50,944 nucleotides of DNA, from positions 10,304 to 61,247 of the forward strand of contig DF237501.1 of assembly GCA_000708835.1 (NCBI GenBank), in the 5' to 3' direction. The position numbers and the translations under genes are program-made. Positions 43,401 through 50,944 of this stretch are shown here, one piece after another. The notes beneath the pieces were generated by a model. That model was not told where the DNA came from. It saw nothing but the letters and a program-made list of their open reading frames with translations, and searched no databases. Origin of the DNA: Klebsormidium nitens. Taxonomy: Eukaryota > Plantae > Klebsormidiophyceae. Each line of letters begins with the position of its first letter. Position 1 is the stretch's first letter.

Positions 43401-46400
43401 AGGCATGAAATACGGCTGGCGAAGCGTGGCTTCTACTTCGAAGCGCTTTGAAAGATGAGTCACCAGAAACTTCTTGTTTCTGACGTGAAATCCACTTAAT
43501 GCAGTGGACCCAACTTTCCTGACAATGAGGTTTCACATTGTAAGGATGTTCAGTAGTATAGCCTCGCTTGTATCCTTTTGTCACCTCAGCAAATCCATCC
43601 CCACACCCCAGAATGAGGGATAATGCTTTTTATTTCGTACTTTAAAGCACACGCATACCGACTTCGTAAACCTGGGTTTTTAAGCTTGCTGAGGTACTTT
43701 GTTGACTTGTTGCGGCACTGAGGCGTAGATTCAAACGAGCGCCCTGTGATGCCTCTGAACTGGCATGAAAGCCCCTCGCACATTCGGTACCACAAACCCC
43801 AGCTCACAAATTCGTGGACCTAAATCCTCAGCAGTTAGGACTGCAGAAACTGCAAATCTGATACCGGGCTCTCGATCTGACCCCCAAGCCTGGAGCCTTA
43901 CCGAAGGGGGTCCCCCTTGGCCATGCAGTCAGCCGGCTCGGGCAGCTCGAGCTCGATCCGAAGCCCCTTCTCCAATAGCTTCCCCGAGAAGAGCGCCACC
44001 ACTCGGTGCACGACCGCTGCAACGTCTAAGTCGATCTCTTCCAGCCGCAGCTGCCCCGCCTCAATCTGCGCAATCGAAGAAAGCAGAAAGATCACTTCCG
44101 AGTTTCAAGTTTAGGCTCAGATGGGAGCGGAGGATGTTCTGGAACGCCACTGTGCAATGGACCTCAGTTGCAGTGTCCAAGTCGATTTCCTCCAACCGCA
44201 GCTGCGCCGCCTCAATCTGCGGAATAATCATCAGTAATTACTTTCGGGCTCCGCGATTGAGTTTGGGCTTCGGCTTTTTTTTTCAAAGGAGGGAGGAGCT
44301 TTATTGAGAAGATTGCCACCGCCGTTAGATGACCATCGCTGCAACGCTCCGGACGCGGCTGCCTTGTCTCAATTTGCGTAGCTCAGCACATGGTATGGAA
44401 GAAACCGGTTCGAGGACAGCCGGTATTTCAAGAGCGCAAACAGTAACGAACCATCGCCGCACTGTCTAGGTCGATACAGTTCGAAGAAAGCCGGTAACTC
44501 AAGAGCGCAAGTAGTTACGAACCATCGCCGCACTGTCTAGGTCGATGCCTGACCCGCGTCAGGCAACGAGTATGGACGAAGAGTGTGAGTTGCCAAGGAT
44601 AACAGTGCGCTGTTCAGAGTTCTCGCCGCCTCAGTTGGGGGTGGGCAGGGGCCTTTTTAGATGCGACAAAACCAGCCCGAAAAGTACGGAAACTGGCATG
44701 ACAGAATCCTGTAGGATACGACAGAACCCACGTTTGCCGGCTCACCTTGGAGAAGTCCAGGATGTCGTTGAGGCACCCCAGCAGGGACTCCGCTGAACTT
44801 TGCATGGTCGAGACGTACAGGCTCTGGACTTCCGTCATCGGCGTCAGGCGCAGCAGATCAAGCATGCCCAGGGTCCCCTGAAGAAATTCGGGAGAGATAC
44901 GCATAGAGCTTGTTTTGATTTATACTCTATTTTGCGAGCGTAGACAGCAAATCTTCTGACAGAGGCTCTACAAGAATTCACGCACTTACAGATCGTTCCG
45001 AATCAGAAGCCAGTTCCCCCACGATACGGCAACTTGAGTCTAGGTAAGCACTGCCGTCACTAACAAAAAATGTCACCATTTTGCAGAAGAGCCCAAATTC
45101 TGGACGGTAGGCCAATGAGGCATGCGTCAAAAGACTCCATTCAAGCAACACACGGACGGGCTTTCGGCAATGAGCTTTTCAGGCAAGCCCACAGAGTTTC
45201 GGCAGGGGCGAAAGTGTTCGTAAGGGCTGGTCAAGGTGTGCGGAGAGCTTCTCAACAGAAGCTTGCTAAATCAGGAAACACTCTCTGCATTTCCTAAGAC
45301 GCTTGACCTCATTGTTCTCAACAGAAAAAGCGCAGTGACTCACGGTCAGTGGGGTGCGCAGCTCGTGGGACATGGTGGCGAGGAAGGCAGACTTGGCCTG
45401 CAACAGATTGGTAAGAATGTCAGGAAACTGTCAATATCCCTGACCCTGTGTTCCAAGGCATTACCAAAATGCTTTCACCTCAGTCGGTGGCTACTGGGAT
45501 GCCTCGAACAATCGCCAATGACCCAAGGTATGCTGATAGGGCTGCTCGACAGGACCCGCCTGTTATGATGACCCCTCACAAGTCCAATTCAAAGCGGTTA
45601 AGTAATTCTGCTCTGAAAGCCTGCTTATCTAGAAGATACAGGCGTGTCCCCGATGAACCTGCCAACCCCTGGTACAACCTCCTCGAGCGCTTCTCTGCCG
45701 GGTTTGCAACTCAGTTAGACCTCATGGAGGCGAGCGACTCCATTGGAGCTCGCCTCCAGCAGCCTGGCAGCGTCCTTACCTTGTCCGCGCTCTCAGCCTT
45801 GTGACGGGCCGCCTCAAACTCCTTGTTCAGCTTCTCGATCCTGTAAACCTCAGCCTGCGCAAACGAAAAGTGGCAACGACACTTAAACACTTAGACTAAA
45901 TAAAAGGCGTCCTGCGCATTCTAGGCGTTTGAAGATGTCAGTCCCTAGTGATCTTGTTTCGAAAGTTGTCATAAGACAGAAGATGCACGGGTTTGGAAAA
46001 GAATGTACTGGGGAAACGAGATCAAAAGGAACGATATCGAGTCATGCTAGATAACCCTCCGTAGAAGAGCTCGTGAGATGGAAGGCCCACCTTCTTCTGC
46101 TGTATCCACTTCGTAACGACATACACGGACAGCCCAATCGCCAGGAACACCACGAGCAAGACAGCGGCCCAGCTGAGAGGTGCGCCAAGTATAGAACGAA
46201 TGCTGGCGTCGGCACTGCAGTCCAACCTGTTAGGAAGAGCCACGTGGTCATCCGTTATGTTTGGCCAGTCTGAACAGGCTTTACCCCAGGGAGGGATGAT
46301 TTAACGTGAGGCCGAGAAAGATTTGAGATCAGGTGGACAGTAACCATGATGGACAAAAGGAAAAGCTTGTGCTCCACATCAAAAGATGGTAGGTATGGTG

Positions 46401-49400
46401 ATATTATTGCAATCAACAATGGCGCCAACATCTAAGGGGAAACTCAGGACACCCACAACTTGAGAGTTTTTGAGATGTCTCACTGTGAATTTCTCAACTA
46501 AGCTGAGCATAGTAAGTACACAACCTTTTCGTTCGCATATAATCTCACCTGTAAGAGCGCCCGCCTAAGTTGTACGTGGAAGTTGCAGAGAAGCGATACC
46601 TTGAGGGGGGGCTCTCCGGCGTCTGGTACATCAAGCTGGGCTGTGGACCCAGATCTGTGCAACCAAGACCGAGATGTTGTGATGCAAGGAATCTGGCTTT
46701 CAAAAAGAGCAGCGGCTGGGTGGCTGTGAGCAAACTCCAGCAACGTTCAGGCAATCGACAGGCATGAAGGACATGGAAACCGGCAGGATGAAAACGTTTT
46801 GAGTGCGAAAGAGCACCATAGCGGGCTGGCGAGTCCCTAAGACCAATTTGAAGATCATCTCCTGGAAGATGTAGGGCTTGAACAGAGTACACCGTCAGAA
46901 ACGCCTTGCTCCACATTCTGAGTGAGTTGTGGGAAAGAGAGGAACAACGCGCTGATGGCAGAATGACAAAAGGCGGCGCAATCCTATCCTTACTTGGGGG
47001 TCCGCTGACGTCATACAATCTAAGCCTCCCCAGCTGCGTCTGGAAACGCTTGTCGGCATCCTTGAAGAGCGCCGTGGCATTGAATACCGAAACGATGAAA
47101 CCTGGATTACAACAGCACACGTCAACAGATGTTTGCTTCGGTAAGAGGATCAGAAGGGCGGCAAGGGCATGTGTTTTGCGGAACTTGACAGACAACTGAG
47201 GGTTACAGAAGCAAACAACCGCATGAGGAAACCACTTGATTCCGCACCTTTGATCAACAGCGTAGCAACCGGTATAGCTACTGCATGCCATCTCTCCAGA
47301 GATCCAAAATATGCAAGAACACCCCCGATGAGAAGCACAACAAGTACAGAGTCAGGACAGAAGCGCTAAAGGACCAGAACCCCACCTGCCAGCCCTTGTC
47401 GTAGCTGCTCCAATGATGCGTTCACTGGCTGTGGTGGCAGGTTCGTGTAAACGGGATAGTACATGCCGAGTGCGGTAGTTCCGAGCACGCTGGGAAAGGG
47501 GTACGTGACTGTGAGCTGCCCTGTGTCGCGGGCCAGCTTTGCAACTGCGGCGAGCCGGGGGTTGCTCAAAGTGTCGTACCCGGCAAAGAGGCGCTCGTAC
47601 TGGGGGAGCGAGGCCCTCCAAGTCACAAAGTACTGCACACACCAACATAGTCTGGGATTAGGGGAAATTAGGTTTCTTCGAAGCAAGGTGCCTTCCAATC
47701 ACAATCAGCCATGTGGTCGGTTTGCGCCCAGCCAATTGGTGGCGGTGACAGACTGATGCACAGAGAGAAGCCAGGTGACCTTGCCGAACCTGGTAAGTCC
47801 CAGGCTTGACATTTTCCTATCATGTAGAAGCGTTGGAAACCTGGTCAATCTACAAAGTTAGAAGCAGATTCCAGATTTTCAGTGAACGGGCTGTGTCGTA
47901 CGAAGTGTGGGATTCGTGAATTCGGAAGTGCAGAACCTTTCATAAGATGGATGATATGAAGCGCTTTCAGACCCTTGTCAAGCTTATCTTGGCCTTTCAG
48001 GTGTGTCTCCTGAAGGATTCACCATGTGCGGCCGGATCAGAGTGGCATGGGGAGATGGTGTGCTTTGGCAGCTCTAAGAGCGAATGTTTGAATCAGATAC
48101 ACGTTGGTACCCTTGCTGATTCCAAATGTGATCCATAGGAGAGTCCTTCAACAATATGTACATGATTTACAAGCAACCGGACACTGGCCAGAAACTGTTG
48201 TGTTACTTTGGCTGGAAAAATGGAACGATGAAAGAATGAGCGACTGAACAACCAAGCAGTCAAGAGCCACCTTTGATGGATGAGGAGTAATCGAGTGGGA
48301 GGGGCTTTTGTTTGGGGCGCGCTTGTAGGCCACCATCACTGTGCAGTCAATGCATTGGCTCATGGCTCACATTAAATCGGTCTGAAGCGAACATCCAAGG
48401 GAAAATATACAACAACGATCGATCATACCTCTGGTGCTGAATCCCTGGTGACAAAGGTTGGGCTTCCATTGCTGTCGGGGGTACCATATTGCGTAAATTG
48501 TGCCCCCAGCACCGCCTCTGCGGCAGCACGATCTGGACCCAGGACGTGCTTGATGTAAGTCACGCCTTGGGAGGACGGGACCAGGATGTTTGTCTCATTG
48601 GCATAGTTTTGGAAGTCCTCCTGCAGGGAGTAAAGAGTAGGCTCGAGGAAAAAGTAAGATGCAACGGACCCCAAATGCGTGCCAGAAAGAAAGACAAGTG
48701 CGAGGAAGCGGAAGGCCTTAAACAACGTCATCTGCAAGTGGAAACTTCTCTGACATGTCTCCTCTGATCAGGCTGCAGCAGCAATTGCTGGCAAGTAAAC
48801 CTACACCGCATCCAGGTTCACCATCTTGAGATCAAAGGATGCTCTTGATCATTGCTGACAAAAGTATCATAACCATGCTGATAGGGAAATGATTGAGACA
48901 GCGGAAGATGAAGAACAGACTCGATTAGACGAAAGCCTTGTTTGCTTGTGAGAACACCAGACTCGTAAGGAGCATTCTGATTGTATCAGAATATGCTCCT
49001 AAGGTACAGGGCAGATTGGTCAAGCCTTATCACGATCAGAGTTTGCCAAGCTGAGGCCAAATTTTTTAGGGCGGTTCTGAAAAATGGCAGTGGGTAGGAG
49101 GTGCGCTGCAAGGGCTTACCGAAGTAACGTTGGGATAGGCCTTGACCAGACCGCTGTACATGTTGATGGTTTCAAAGCTTGCATAAAGCTCACTCTGATA
49201 GGCCTGCTCAAATAAAAGAGTGTCTGTATTGGTACCAGCCTCAGTGACAGGAGCGACCAAATCTTTGCCTTATGCCTGCACTCTGCGCAATATGATAACT
49301 TCGAAGGGGCTGCTTTAAAAAGCTCTTCAGAATCGTCCTTGTCTCAAAAGATTGCAAAGATGACAGAACAACCTGTGCCCCTCAAACCCAAAAAAAGTAC

Positions 49401-50012
49401 AGGGTAGCACCAAGTATTAGATTGATGGTTTCAATATTTTGGAGTTGGTTCCCTATGAGCAAGCCGGTGAAACTCGTGTAAGGCAAGCAAGCACTTAACA
49501 ATGTGGAGTGAGCAAGACGTGTCCCCCGCAGCCGTCATAAGCTTGCAGACCTTTTCCATTTCGGTGCTGTTCTTGAAAGCCAGAGAGCATCATGAGCTTC
49601 TCTTCTTGGAAGTCCAGGGTCAGGAAGTTGCTGGCGGCTTCTGATTATGAACAGCTGTGGCTGACAGTGACGAAGAGAGGTCACACCATGTCCAAGAAAA
49701 GCGCTCATGTGCACGTCCCTACTACAGACACACATGAGCAAGCCTTAGGGGACCGCTCTGTAGCAGACTGGGCCTGATTATTCTGCAACCTGCAAAACAC
49801 GCGTCGGGGTACAAGCAGCGTGTGCTCACCTTTGCCCTGTTCACGCACCGCTCATTGCACGTCATGCTCTTGTCATGCTTCTGTTGCTCAAAGAGGACAA
49901 AGAAGGTTCCCACTGACACGGCGACTCCTGCTAGCAGCCAGACTGCCAAAAATAACGTCAACTTTGTGGGGGGCCCCGGCCTGCAACCCCGCTTCATATC
50001 TGGCCACCTCAT
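37441..50012 (-). CDS. CHASE-domain hybrid sensor histidine kinase (TM-CHASE-TM-HisKA-HATPase-linker-REC), 19 exons, about 1108 aa
   Basis: Exons 50012-49830, 49203-49120, 48620-48429, 47632-47386, 47101-46994, 46654-46549, 46226-46091, 45854-45780, 45397-45344, 44877-44746, 44065-43902, 43263-43140, 42464-42378, 41850-41615, 40982-40870, 40481-39583, 39162-39100, 38365-38251, 37649-37441, total 3327 nt with phases compatible. Motifs GYDTLS..ARDTG (CHASE), [49 protein letters not shown]. The start codon (50012 or 49997) is uncertain. Confidence 0.95.
44130..44225 (-). pseudogene. Degenerate copy of the 5' end of histidine kinase exon 11
   Basis: CAG|ATTGAGGCG at 44216 encodes [14 protein letters not shown], against [14 protein letters not shown] at 44065. 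Confidence 0.8.
44408..44546. repeat. Two-copy 71-bp intronic tandem repeat
   Basis: GTTCGA...CAAGAGCGCAA...ACGAACCATCGCCGCACTGTCTAGGTCGAT starts at 44408 and 44479. Confidence 0.9.
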
Positions 50013-50944
50013 TATGATATAAAGCTTCAGCTTCTGATGCTATCACTGTTTACACTTACTTATACAGGCATACTGCTTGTACAGGCTTGCTGCAGGAAAT
50101 CTAGGAGCTGGGTGTTCGGGGAGTGACCTGCGCGGTACCAGAAACAGTTTCCTAAGCAAGCAACAGCTTCCTTTCTAGGCCATTGGCACCTCTTACCCTA
50201 GTCCCTGATGGCCTTTCTGAGGCCTGAGAGACCGTCCCACTCAACTAGCATCGTTCACGTGCTTCAATGCATCATTCCATGGACAATCCATCTCTGTAAG
50301 ACAAGGTTATTCCCCCTATTTGACAAGCTGCCTGCTGCAATAACCCCACGCCCATCCATGAGGTCCAGGTCTCGATTCATCACATCCATTCCATTGGCCC
50401 TGCATGCATGCTCAGAGTCGCATTGCTTGCCGCTCGTCATGGTCCCTCGTCCCATTTCACCTTGAGCTCGAGTCCATTCCACCTCACCAGGTCCGTGCAG
50501 AGAGAGAAGCGATGCCCAACTTCTCCAACTTCAAGCAAGTCAAGAGTCACTCGGTTTTGCCCACTTCCCAATCTGGTGTGAAGACCCGCATCCGGCTGGC
50601 GAGTGTTTCAATAGCACACACGAATCGAGCAGATCGGGGTTGGTCACACCGATCCGCACTTCTTCAAGCTGCCAGCTCACAAATGATCGGATGGCCTCAT
50701 GCTCTGAACGCCGACGTTTACGGTACACCGTACGGAGCTGAATGCCGAGGTACGCTATGACCTCACGATTTTCTATGTTCATGAGATACGTGGCAACTTT
50801 CGGAAGGTTCGATGTGTGTTCATGTACAATTCAGTCTAATATCGACGGTGACGGAAACCTTTGAGCCTTGCGGATAATAGTGGCCATTGTAGCCGGAAGG
50901 TGCTAGGTAGGTACCAATTCGACCAACTGCCCCAATTAGGTCAT

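Noticed and set aside
46545-47291. 248-aa ORF in the kinase gene
   Set aside because: Chance read-through of introns linking real exons 47101-46994 and 46654-46549. The intervening sequence has clear splice sites.
1-50944. Prokaryotic operon, defence island, rRNA or tRNA genes
   Set aside because: Every well-supported long gene is split by spliceosomal introns, and no rRNA or tRNA signatures were recognised by eye.

Overview
Eukaryotic, intron-rich genomic DNA with GT-AG introns, TTAGGG/TTTAGGG-like tracts in introns and two N gaps. The plant-type CHASE kinase and FkbM methyltransferase suggest a streptophyte alga such as Klebsormidium; this is inference. I reconstructed four multi-exon genes by hand from splice sites and frame continuity. 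(1) An alpha-2-macroglobulin-family thioester protein (+, 4789-18923, 16 exons, about 1564 aa, PYGCFEQ). (2) A membrane-anchored FkbM/Methyltransf_21-like methyltransferase (-, 24980-21112, 7 exons, about 373 aa). (3) A secreted beta-propeller phytase with a Pro/Thr linker and Cys-rich C-terminal repeats (-, 34735-26810). (4) A CHASE-domain hybrid histidine kinase (-, 50012-37441, 19 exons, about 1108 aa). A clan CE (Ulp1/viral-type) cysteine protease ORF sits at the left edge. The most notable points are: a bacterial-type thioester protein in an alga; a phytase fused to a knottin-like module; degenerate copies of exon ends with their splice sites ('echoes') in all four genes, some differing from the parent exon almost only at synonymous sites; and a dispersed MITE-like family with a shared G-rich core but different inverted-repeat arms. 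Family assignments rest on motif recall, and no database search was run. No rRNA, tRNA or CRISPR array was recognised.
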